Positions 27,614 through 35,762 of a stretch of DNA of 64,000 nucleotides are shown here, piece after piece. Each line of letters starts with the position of its first letter. Position 1 is the stretch's first letter. The translations under genes were made by a program, and so were the position numbers. The notes below the pieces were generated by a model, which was not told the origin of the DNA, did not search any database, and saw only the letters and a program-made list of their open reading frames with translations. This DNA comes from Nannocystis bainbridge (lineage in GTDB: Bacteria > Myxococcota_A > Polyangia > Nannocystales > Nannocystaceae), in the NCBI RefSeq assembly GCF_028368995.1, contig NZ_JAQNDL010000004.1:608001-672000 (forward strand), read 5' to 3'.

Positions 27614-29209
27614 TCAGCCGTCGGTCTTGCGGAAGCGATAGGCGAGCTGCGGCCGCGTGAGCCCGAGCAGGCGCGCGGCGGCGGCGAGGTTGCCTCCGGC
27701 GCGGTCGACGGCGCCGCGGATGAGCGCCTGCTCGAGCGCGTCGATGCCGGCGCGGCGATCGAGCAGGGCGCCGATGAGCTCGTCGACGCCCGGGAGGTCG
27801 GCCCCGGCGGCGGCTCCGATCGGCTGGAGGACGCCCGCGGGCGCCAGCTCGAGGCGCGCGGGCGGGGCCTCGTCGCCGCTGAACAGGTGGCCGCGATCGA
27901 TCGGCGCGCCGTCGTCGACGAGCACCGCGGCGCGAGCGATCCGTCCCCACAGCTCGCGCACGTTGCCGGGGTAGTCGTGATCGAGGAGGGCGTTGTTGGC
28001 GGCCTCGGTGACGCCGACGAGCCGCCGCCCGAGGCCGCGCGCGTGCTGGTCGAGGAAGCGGCCGAGCAGCAGCGGGATGTCCTCCCGCCGCTCGCGCAGC
28101 GGCGGGACCCACACCGGGAAGGCGCCGAGGCGCTGGACCAATTCGTCGCGCACGAGGCCGCCGCGCCGCAGGTCGACGCGGGTGCTGGCGAGCCAGCGCA
28201 GGTCGTGATCGCCGGCGTCGAAGGCGTGGAGTAACCTGTCCTGAAGTTCAGGTGAGAGGCGATCGAGGTCGGCGAGCAGGAGGCTGCCGCCGCGGGCCCG
28301 CGCGAGCGCATCGGCGAGACCGGCGGGGTCGAGGGCGCCGGCGCGCACGACCACGAAGGGGCCGGCGGCGCGGCGGCTGCGGTCGTGCACGGCGCGGGCG
28401 AGGTGGCGCTTGCCGACGCCGGGCTCGCCCTCGAGCAGGACGGGCAGCTCGGAGCCGGCGACGCGCGCGAGCAGGGCGAAGGCGCCGCGCAGGCCGGTGG
28501 CGTGACCGATGACGGGTCCGTCGTCGCGCGCGAGAGCGGCGGGCGGATCGCCGGGGCCCGGGCGCGCGATCGGGTGGGTGGCGAGGAACTCGAACTCGGG
28601 CGGTGGGGTGTCGTCGCCGAGCGGTCGGCCGACGATCCGGCAATGACGCGCGCCGCAGGCCCGACAGGCGACCTCGCGGTAGACGATCGGCCGACCCATG
28701 AAGACGGTGGTGAAACCGCTGGCGTAGCCGAGCATGGTCCAGCACACGGGCTCGGCGGCCCGACCCTCGCTTTCGAGGTGAGCCTCGACCTCGGCGGAGC
28801 TGCGCCAGGCGAACTCGCCGCGGTAGTGGCCGCGCTCGATGTCGAACTGGACCTCGAGCGGGCGCACGGCGACCATGCCCTCGAGCGCGTGCAATTGCGG
28901 GCCGGCGGCGAACAGCTCGTAGTAGCTGGCGGTGCCGCGGATCCGGCGGGCGTATTCGCCGTCGCGCTGGCCGGAGACGTAGCCCATGCGGGTCAGGATG
29001 GCCCGCGCCCGGGCGACGCCGACGGCGGCGATGAGCTCGCGCCGCAGGGTCGCCATGGCGCCGAGATGGACGAGCACCATGCGCTCGTCACCGAGGGTGA
29101 TCCGGCCGTCGCGCGGCCAGAAGCGCAGGTGCTTGAGCAGGTCGGCGCTGTCCGGCAGCCGCAGCGCGTCGTCGTCGCCAGCGGCGACGAAGGGCCCTTC
29201 TTCGCTCAC
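27614..29209 (-). CDS. XylR/DmpR-type regulator (XylR_N + V4R + degenerate AAA+ + Fis HTH)
   Basis: GRITLGDERMVL, AGPQLHALEG, PVCW...GYASG...EVACRACGARHC, Walker A GEPGVGK, YPGNVREL and NLAAAARLLGLTRPQLAYR. GAFTGA is absent. Confidence 0.88.
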   Translation of the reverse strand: MSEEGPFVAAGDDDALRLPDSADLLKHLRFWPRDGRITLGDERMVLVHLGAMATLRRELIAAVGVARARAILTRMGYVSGQRDGEYARRIRGTASYYELFAAGPQLHALEGMVAVRPLEVQFDIERGHYRGEFAWRSSAEVEAHLESEGRAAEPVCWTMLGYASGFTTVFMGRPIVYREVACRACGARHCRIVGRPLGDDTPPPEFEFLATHPIARPGPGDPPAALARDDGPVIGHATGLRGAFALLARVAGSELPVLLEGEPGVGKRHLARAVHDRSRRAAGPFVVVRAGALDPAGLADALARARGGSLLLADLDRLSPELQDRLLHAFDAGDHDLRWLASTRVDLRRGGLVRDELVQRLGAFPVWVPPLRERREDIPLLLGRFLDQHARGLGRRLVGVTEAANNALLDHDYPGNVRELWGRIARAAVLVDDGAPIDRGHLFSGDEAPPARLELAPAGVLQPIGAAAGADLPGVDELIGALLDRRAGIDALEQALIRGAVDRAGGNLAAAARLLGLTRPQLAYRFRKTDG

Positions 29210-29344
29210 GCGCGAGCACAGTAGGCCGGGGCCGCCGCGGCGATCAAGCCCGGCGATCGCGGGAGTCAGCGGGGTGCGGATCCGCCCGAGGGCCGCCGGC
29301 GAGCCGGCGACGGCGCCGGGGCTGGGGTAGACTGCGCGCCCCGC

Positions 29345-29815
29345 ATGCACGCCAACGCCGAGACTATCCAGCGCTTCTACACCGCCTTCGCCGCCCGGGA
29401 CGCGGCCACGATGGCGGCCTGCTACGCCGACGACGTGGCGTTCAGCGACCACGCGTTCCCGGGCCTGCGCGGGCGCGAGGCCGGCGAGATGTGGCGGATG
29501 CTGTGCGAGCGCGGCAAGGACCTGAAGATCGAGTTCCGCGACGTCAAGGCCGACGATCACCAGGGCTCGGCGCACTGGGAGGCCTGGTACACGTTCGGCC
29601 GCACGGGGCGGAAGGTGCACAACGTGGTCGAGGCGCGCTTCGAATTCCGCGACGGCAAGATCGTGCGCCACGACGACGATTTCCCGCTGTGGGCGTGGGC
29701 GCGGCAGGCGATGGGCGCGCCAGGGCTGCTGCTCGGGTGGTCGGGGTTCTTCGAGCGCTCGCTGCAGCGCCAGGCGCGGCGCCAGCTCGAGGCGTTCATG
29801 GCCGGCCGCTCGTGA
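29345..29815 (+). CDS. SnoaL-like / NTF2 family protein
   Basis: IQRFYTAF...MAACYADDVAFSD...FRDGKIVRHDDDF. Confidence 0.88.
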   Translation: MHANAETIQRFYTAFAARDAATMAACYADDVAFSDHAFPGLRGREAGEMWRMLCERGKDLKIEFRDVKADDHQGSAHWEAWYTFGRTGRKVHNVVEARFEFRDGKIVRHDDDFPLWAWARQAMGAPGLLLGWSGFFERSLQRQARRQLEAFMAGRS

Positions 29816-29822
29816 GCGGCGA

Positions 29823-29900
29823 CGGTCGCTCGCTCGCGGTGTGGTGATTGGCAGGGTGCTGCCGATCGCCGGTCGCTCGCTCGCGCCGGGTGTGGTGATT
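29823..29900. repeat. Direct repeat of about 27-31 bp (2 copies)
   Basis: CGGTCGCTCGCTCGCG(CCG)GTGTGGTGATT at 29823 and 29870. Confidence 0.65.
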
Positions 29901-30023
29901 CATCGGTGCGCGCGGCAAATGACTTGAGTCTGCTTGCGGGCCGGTGAACCTCGAACACGGTCAAGCCGTGCCGTCACGCCCGGAACTCTCCGGATGCGGG
30001 TCCGCGGCGCAGAGGGCCGATGT

Positions 30024-31799
30024 ATGATGATTCGCGCGGGTCGTGGGGTGGGCCGTCTCGTCGATGTCACGGCGCTGGCGCTGGTCGCCGGCTGCGGCGA
30101 ACCGGAGGCCGTCGGCACCGCGACGGCGTCGTTCGGCAGCGGCACGGGTGCGATCGACGACGGGCTCGAGACGATGGTCGGCTGGTCCGGATCGAGCGGC
30201 TGGGTGACGACGGGGCCGGACGATCCAGTCGGGCAGTGCGGCGACGATCCGCTGTGCCTGCCGCCGAGCGAGATGGTGCCGACCGACAAGCCCGATGGGC
30301 TGCCGAGCCCGCTCCCGGGGGTCTACGACGATCTGGGGCCGGCGGCGCCCGACGCGGGCTTTCGCGCGCTGATCGGGTTCCCGACCCGCCAGCGCGCGCT
30401 GCTCGAGGACCGGGTGGCGCTGATGTACGCGCCCGGCAGCCCGCTGTTCCGCGGCTACATGACGGTGGAGGCGTGGATGGCCGAGCACGCGCCGGACCCG
30501 GGCGACGTCGGGCTGGTCGAGAACTGGCTGCGCGCGCAGGGGTTCACGATCGACTTCGAGGCCAAGAACCGCTTGCTGGTCCAGTTCTCGGGCACGGTCG
30601 CCGGCTTCAATGCGACGTTCAAGACCACGCTGCACGTGTGCCTGCGCAAAAACCCGCTGTGGGACGACCCGCCGTTCCCGGTCTATTGCACGCTGGATCG
30701 GTTCACGCTGCCGAAGTTCGTCGCCGAGCGCACCAACGGGCTGGCGACCGCCGACCTGCCGGCGGAGAAGGGCGAGCTGACGGCGGAGGTCGGCGAGATC
30801 GTGGCCGACCCGCCGGGGCCGGAGGCGTACGGGCCGCGGGCGTTCTACGGCGCTTACGACATGCAGCCGCTGTTCGAGGCCGGGTTCAACGGGCGCGGGT
30901 CGTCGCTCGGGGTGGTCGCGGCCGGGACGTATCACGCGATCGACCTGCAGATCTTCTGGAAATCGTTCGGGGTGGTGCGCGCGCTGCCGAAACGGATCGC
31001 GGTGATGGAGCCGGTGTTCGAGCGCGTGACCGAGACGGCGCTCGATGTCCAGTGGGCCTCGGCGATGGCGCCCGGCGCCGACGTGGTGGTCTACGAGGGG
31101 CCCGACGCGCGCAACACCTCGCTGCTGTTCACCTGGAACCACGCGATCGCCAGCAATGCGGTCGAGGTGCTGACGTTCTCGTTCGCCCACCGCGAGGACT
31201 CGGAGCCGAAGCCGCTGCGCCATCAATACGACGAGTCGGCGCTGATGGGCGCGGCGCTCGGGATGACGCTGGTGTCGGCCAGCGGCGACTCGGGCAAGCC
31301 CGACACGCCGTGCTCGTCGCCGTACGTGACGTGCGTCGGCGGGACCCACCTGGTGGCCAGCCAGGAGGGGGTGATCGAGAAGGAGTGGGCGTGGCAGATG
31401 TCGGGCTCGGGCCCGGCCAAGACGTTCGCGCGCCCGTACTGGCAGGACGCCGACGTCAAGCTCGACCGGCGCGCGATGGCCGACCTGGCGCTGAGCTCGT
31501 CGACCGAGGCGCCGATGTGGATGCGTCGCTGGGCCAAGTGGGAGTACTTCGGCGGCACGTCGTTCGCGGCGCCGGCGTTCGCCGGGATGGTCGCGGTGAT
31601 CAACGGCCACCGCCGCGCGCGCGGGCTGCCGCGCGTCGGGTTCCTCAACCCGATCCTGTACGGCCACGCGCCGACGCGCGCGACCTTCCGCGACATCGTG
31701 TACGGCTTCACCGAGCACTATCACGCCGGGCCCGGCTGGGACTATCCGACCGGGCTCGGCGCCCCCGACGTGGCCCTGCTGGCGCTGGCATTGCCTTAG
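30024..31799 (+). CDS. Sedolisin/kumamolisin-like S53 peptidase with prodomain, probable lipoprotein
   Basis: ETALDVQW (Glu/Asp), SASGDSG (oxyanion Asp), GGTSFAAP (Ser), GWDYPTGLG and an LALVAGC lipobox. Start uncertain. Confidence 0.88.
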   Translation: MMIRAGRGVGRLVDVTALALVAGCGEPEAVGTATASFGSGTGAIDDGLETMVGWSGSSGWVTTGPDDPVGQCGDDPLCLPPSEMVPTDKPDGLPSPLPGVYDDLGPAAPDAGFRALIGFPTRQRALLEDRVALMYAPGSPLFRGYMTVEAWMAEHAPDPGDVGLVENWLRAQGFTIDFEAKNRLLVQFSGTVAGFNATFKTTLHVCLRKNPLWDDPPFPVYCTLDRFTLPKFVAERTNGLATADLPAEKGELTAEVGEIVADPPGPEAYGPRAFYGAYDMQPLFEAGFNGRGSSLGVVAAGTYHAIDLQIFWKSFGVVRALPKRIAVMEPVFERVTETALDVQWASAMAPGADVVVYEGPDARNTSLLFTWNHAIASNAVEVLTFSFAHREDSEPKPLRHQYDESALMGAALGMTLVSASGDSGKPDTPCSSPYVTCVGGTHLVASQEGVIEKEWAWQMSGSGPAKTFARPYWQDADVKLDRRAMADLALSSSTEAPMWMRRWAKWEYFGGTSFAAPAFAGMVAVINGHRRARGLPRVGFLNPILYGHAPTRATFRDIVYGFTEHYHAGPGWDYPTGLGAPDVALLALALP

Positions 31800-31861
31800 G
31801 GACATGTCCTCGAGGGGCATGCTCGAAGGGGCATGTCCTCGCGGGCATGTCCTCGCGGGCA
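31791..31861. repeat. Array of five 14/15-bp units filling a convergent intergenic gap
   Basis: TTGCCTTAGGGACA (includes the stop)/TGTCCTCGAGGGGCA/TGCTCGAAGGGGCA/TGTCCTCGCGGGCA/TGTCCTCGCGGGCA. Confidence 0.85.
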
Positions 31862-31866
31862 GAGGA

Positions 31867-32388
31867 TCACTGACGATTGTCTTCGAGGCGGCGGCGGGCG
31901 TCGGCCCAGGTCGGCAGCGCGTCGGAGCCGCTCCAGTTGGTGGTCTCCCAGCCCATGGTGAACTTGAGGCCGTTCTTGATGGCCTTGCCGTGCACGGCGC
32001 CGAACACGAACTTCATGCGCGCGGCTTCGTCGCGCCACAGCGAGAGGGTGCGGGCGCTGCCGCAGCGGGCCGAGGTGGCGAAGGTGGCGCCGAGGAAGCC
32101 GTCGTGGGTGAAGAGGTCCATCATCGGCGGCAAGGTCTCGGCCTCGAGCGCTTCGGCGTGCTCCGGGGTGTGCCAGCCGACGGTGGTGGCGACGACGTGC
32201 GGTTGCGGTAGCGGGGCGACGAGGGCGCCCTTGTCGTCGAACGCCGGGCCCATGAAGGGCAGCACGTCGAGGTCGGATTCGTCGCAGGCCGACAGCTCGG
32301 CGATGGTCGGCTCCTCGCGCGGCGGGTCGCCGTCGTCGCAGGCGGGCAGGAGCAGGGTGAGCGCATAAAGGGCGGTGCGGGGCTGCAT
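31867..32388 (-). CDS. Lipoprotein with DUF3291-like dimeric alpha/beta barrel domain
   Basis: Lipobox LLLPAC; TLSLWRDEAARMKFVFGAVHGKAI and PTWADARRRL resemble the DUF3291 / monooxygenase-like fold. Confidence 0.6.
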   Translation of the reverse strand: MQPRTALYALTLLLPACDDGDPPREEPTIAELSACDESDLDVLPFMGPAFDDKGALVAPLPQPHVVATTVGWHTPEHAEALEAETLPPMMDLFTHDGFLGATFATSARCGSARTLSLWRDEAARMKFVFGAVHGKAIKNGLKFTMGWETTNWSGSDALPTWADARRRLEDNRQ

Positions 32389-32637
32389 GCCAGGCTGCAA
32401 CACCGCGCGCGCCCGCGAGTGTCACCACGTCGTGCGCAGAAGGTCTGCGTCGCGTTCGCGCGCACGCGCGAGGAAGTCTCGGGGGGGGTCGTTCGCCGCG
32501 GCTCGCGCGGGGTGCTTCGGGTTTCACCGGCGGCTGCGTGAGGGCGTGAGCTTGTCGCCGGCAAGGCGCAGCGGAACGGTGATCCGCGGGCCGGGGCGGG
32601 CCGCTACAAGGCCCGTACTTTTTAGAAGGAGCACGAC

Positions 32638-34050
32638 TTGAAGAATTCGACTTCGACGACCTCGGCAGCGCTGGCCCTCTTCATCCTCAGCGGGTGCCCA
32701 CCGGAAGAGGCGACCACCGATGCGCCCGACACCGACACCAGCACCGGGGCGCCGGCCACGGCGACCGATGCGCCGACGACCGACGGGACCGAAGCCTGTC
32801 CGGCGCCGACGGCGGGCCCGACGATGCACGAGGGGCAGCTGGGGATGAACGAGGTGTGGACGGCCGACGGGAGCCCGCACATCGTGACCCGCTTCGTATC
32901 GATCCCGGACGGGTCGACGCTCACGATCGAGCCGTGCGCGGAGGTGCGGATGCAGGCCGATGCGGCGCTGGTGTTCGGCGGCACGAGCTCGACCGAGGTG
33001 ACGACGCTCAAGGCGGAAGGCGAGGCCGAGCGGCCGATCCGGTTCGTGCGCGACGGCGAAGCGCCGTGGAGCGCGCTGGTGGCCTACACGCCGTCGCAGC
33101 TGTCCCTGGCGCACGTGACGCTCGAGGGCGGCGGCGCGGACCGGTTCCTCTATCACGCGTCGCTGGTGATGCGCGGCAACAGCGAGACGCCGACGAAGAA
33201 GCTGGTCCACGTCGACCACGTGACGATCAAGGACTCGGTCGGCGCGGGTGTGCTGGCGGAGTGGAGCTCGGGCTTCTTGCCGGGGTCGACGCAGCTGGTG
33301 GTGACCGGCAGCGGCACCGAGGACAGCCCGTACCCGGTGCGCCTCGGCGAGCACACGCTCGACTCGCTGCCCGACGGCGACTACACGGGCAACCTGATCG
33401 ACAAGATCCACATCGATGCCGAGGGCGCGAACAGCAGCGGCGGCCTGCAAGAAGACGGGACGATGCGCGACCGCGGGGTGCCGTACCACTTCGGCGAGTT
33501 CGGCGGTTCGCGCTTCAGCATCGGCGGGCCGGCGCAGCCGCTGACGACGCTGACGATCGAGCCGGGGGTGACGATCGAGTTCCTCGAGGGGACGGGGATG
33601 GAGATCGAGCACTGGACGAGCGAGGACGAGCCGGCGACAGGGGCGCTGGTGGCGGTCGGCACGGCGGACAAGCCGATCGTGTTCACGTCGGCCGCGGCGG
33701 CGCCGGCGGCCGGTGACTGGATCGGCTTGTGGTTCGGCAGCGTGCCGGCGGCGCACAACCGCCTCGAGCACGCGCGCATCGAGTACGCGGGCGGCGAGTG
33801 CGGCTGCGTCGGCTTCACCTGCACCGACGCCGACGAGGCGAGCGTGCTGTTCATCGAGGGCGTGCCGGCGAGCGCGTTCATCCAGAACACGACGATCGCC
33901 CACAGCGCGGGCCACGGGATCGCCCGCGGCTGGCTCGGCGGCGGACCTGACTTTTCGGTCAGCAACACCTTCGAGGACGTGCTCGGCTGCGATCAGACGC
34001 TGCCGCGCGACGAGAACAACGCCTGCTCCGAGGGCGACGGCTGCGGCTGA
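32638..34050 (+). CDS. Lipoprotein with probable parallel beta-helix repeats
   Basis: AAGGAG RBS with TTG start, lipobox FILSGC, duplicated TLTIEPG...L.A.G...PI.F...W module and ARIEYAG. Confidence 0.75.
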   Translation: MKNSTSTTSAALALFILSGCPPEEATTDAPDTDTSTGAPATATDAPTTDGTEACPAPTAGPTMHEGQLGMNEVWTADGSPHIVTRFVSIPDGSTLTIEPCAEVRMQADAALVFGGTSSTEVTTLKAEGEAERPIRFVRDGEAPWSALVAYTPSQLSLAHVTLEGGGADRFLYHASLVMRGNSETPTKKLVHVDHVTIKDSVGAGVLAEWSSGFLPGSTQLVVTGSGTEDSPYPVRLGEHTLDSLPDGDYTGNLIDKIHIDAEGANSSGGLQEDGTMRDRGVPYHFGEFGGSRFSIGGPAQPLTTLTIEPGVTIEFLEGTGMEIEHWTSEDEPATGALVAVGTADKPIVFTSAAAAPAAGDWIGLWFGSVPAAHNRLEHARIEYAGGECGCVGFTCTDADEASVLFIEGVPASAFIQNTTIAHSAGHGIARGWLGGGPDFSVSNTFEDVLGCDQTLPRDENNACSEGDGCG

Positions 34051-34160
34051 GAGGCCCGCAGAGGCTCGGCGGGGCGCTTCCGCCCGGACGGTGAGCGGCC
34101 GCGCGAGGCGGCGGTCGCTTGCCGGGCGGTCGGAGCCGGAGGTACGGTGCTCACCTGCCG

Positions 34161-35762
34161 ATGGCCCGGGCCCCCGAGATCACGAACGTCGGCGACGCGC
34201 TCGAGGGCCTCGTCCACCAGTTCGCCGATCCGTGGGCGTTCCTCCGCGAGCTGGTGCAGAACTCGATCGACGCCGGCAGCCCGCAGCTCGAGGTGCGCAT
34301 CGAGCATGACGCGCAGCGCGGGGCGATGATCGTCGAGGTCGCCGACGCGGGCGAGGGGATGACGCGCGAGATCATCGACACGCGCCTCACTCGCCTGTTC
34401 TCGTCGGCCAAGGAGGGCGACTACACCAAGATCGGCCGGTTCGGCATCGGCTTCGTGTCGGTGTTTGCGATCGATCCGGAGGTGGTCTGCGTCGACACCG
34501 GCCGCGCCGGCGAGTGGTGGCGGGTGGTGTTCCGCCGCGACCGCTCGTTCGAGCGCATCCGCCTGCACGATCCGGTCGAGGGCACGACGGTGCGGCTCTA
34601 CAAGGCGGCGTCGGCGACCGAGGTCGAGACGGCGCGCGCGCGGGCCCGCGAGACGCTGGCGTATTGGTGCAAGCACGTGAAGATCGAGCTGCTCCTCGAC
34701 GGCGAGCGCGTCAGCGGGCCGCTCGAGCTCGCGGGGCTCTGTCAGGTGCGGCACGAGGAGGAGGGCACGGCGCTGGTGATGGCGATCGTGCCGGAGGCCG
34801 AGGCGCTGCGCGGCTACTACCACGGGGGGCTGACGCTGCACGAGGAGCGCGACGCGTCGCTGCCGTACGTGGCGTTCAAGATCGATTCGCGGTTCCTCGA
34901 GCACACGCTGACGCGCGACAACGTGATCCGCGACGAGAACTACGCCAAGGCGATGACGATCGTGCAGGCGGTGGCGCGAGGACAGCTGATGGACCAGGTG
35001 TTCGCGGCGCTCGAGCGGATCGCGGCCGGCGAGGTCGTGCCCGACGAGGAACGGGCGCTGCTGCTCCGTTGCGCGGAGGCGGCGCTCAAGGAGCGCCAGG
35101 CGCAGCGGGGCTGGTGGGCGGCGAAGGTGCTGCCGACGGTGGGCGGGCCGCCGCTGTCGATGCAGGCGCTGCGCGAGCAGGCGGTCCTGCGCGCGGTGAT
35201 GTGCGCGACGGCGATGTCGCCGGTGGTGGCGGCGCTGCAGGCCGACAGGCACGTGGTGATCGCGTGCACGCCGAGGGACGCGATCGCCACGCTGGTCCGC
35301 ACGGCGACGGGGGCGTGGGCGGCGCCGGTGACGCAATTGTGCACGGCGCTGCCGCTGGCGCCCGCGGAGGCGGAGGCGTGGGAGCCGCTGTGCGCGGGCC
35401 TGGCGGCGCTGCTCAAGGCGAGCGGGCGGAAGATCCGCGTGGTGACGGTGGGGCGCTTCGACTACGCCGAATCGGCGATCGCGGAGCGAGTGGCGATCAC
35501 ACAGGCGCGCTTCGGCGAGCTGACGAAGGTGGAGGACGTCGGGCTGATGGCGAGCGGCTGGCTGGCGAGCGGACGGGTAGTGGTGCTGTCGGCGCTGCAC
35601 CCGACGCTGCTGCACCTGCGCGCGGTGGCGACGCGAGAGCCGGAGCTGGCGGCGTACCTGGCGATCAAGTCGTTCTTCTTGCACGGCGAGCTGAGCGCGG
35701 CGGTCGACGCCGAGCTGGCGAGCAAGGCCGCGGAGGCGCGATGGCGAAGGATGGACGGCTGA
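34161..35762 (+). CDS. Hsp90-like GHKL ATPase (not canonical HtpG)
   Basis: FLRELVQNSIDA (N box), DAGEGM (G1), IGRFGIGFVSVFA (G2) and GTTV. Confidence 0.85.
   Translation: MARAPEITNVGDALEGLVHQFADPWAFLRELVQNSIDAGSPQLEVRIEHDAQRGAMIVEVADAGEGMTREIIDTRLTRLFSSAKEGDYTKIGRFGIGFVSVFAIDPEVVCVDTGRAGEWWRVVFRRDRSFERIRLHDPVEGTTVRLYKAASATEVETARARARETLAYWCKHVKIELLLDGERVSGPLELAGLCQVRHEEEGTALVMAIVPEAEALRGYYHGGLTLHEERDASLPYVAFKIDSRFLEHTLTRDNVIRDENYAKAMTIVQAVARGQLMDQVFAALERIAAGEVVPDEERALLLRCAEAALKERQAQRGWWAAKVLPTVGGPPLSMQALREQAVLRAVMCATAMSPVVAALQADRHVVIACTPRDAIATLVRTATGAWAAPVTQLCTALPLAPAEAEAWEPLCAGLAALLKASGRKIRVVTVGRFDYAESAIAERVAITQARFGELTKVEDVGLMASGWLASGRVVVLSALHPTLLHLRAVATREPELAAYLAIKSFFLHGELSAAVDAELASKAAEARWRRMDG

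Noticed and set aside
34161-35762. Calling the GHKL ATPase htpG
   Set aside because: It lacks the typical HtpG N-terminal LYS motif context and recognisable middle-domain motifs, so no gene symbol was assigned.
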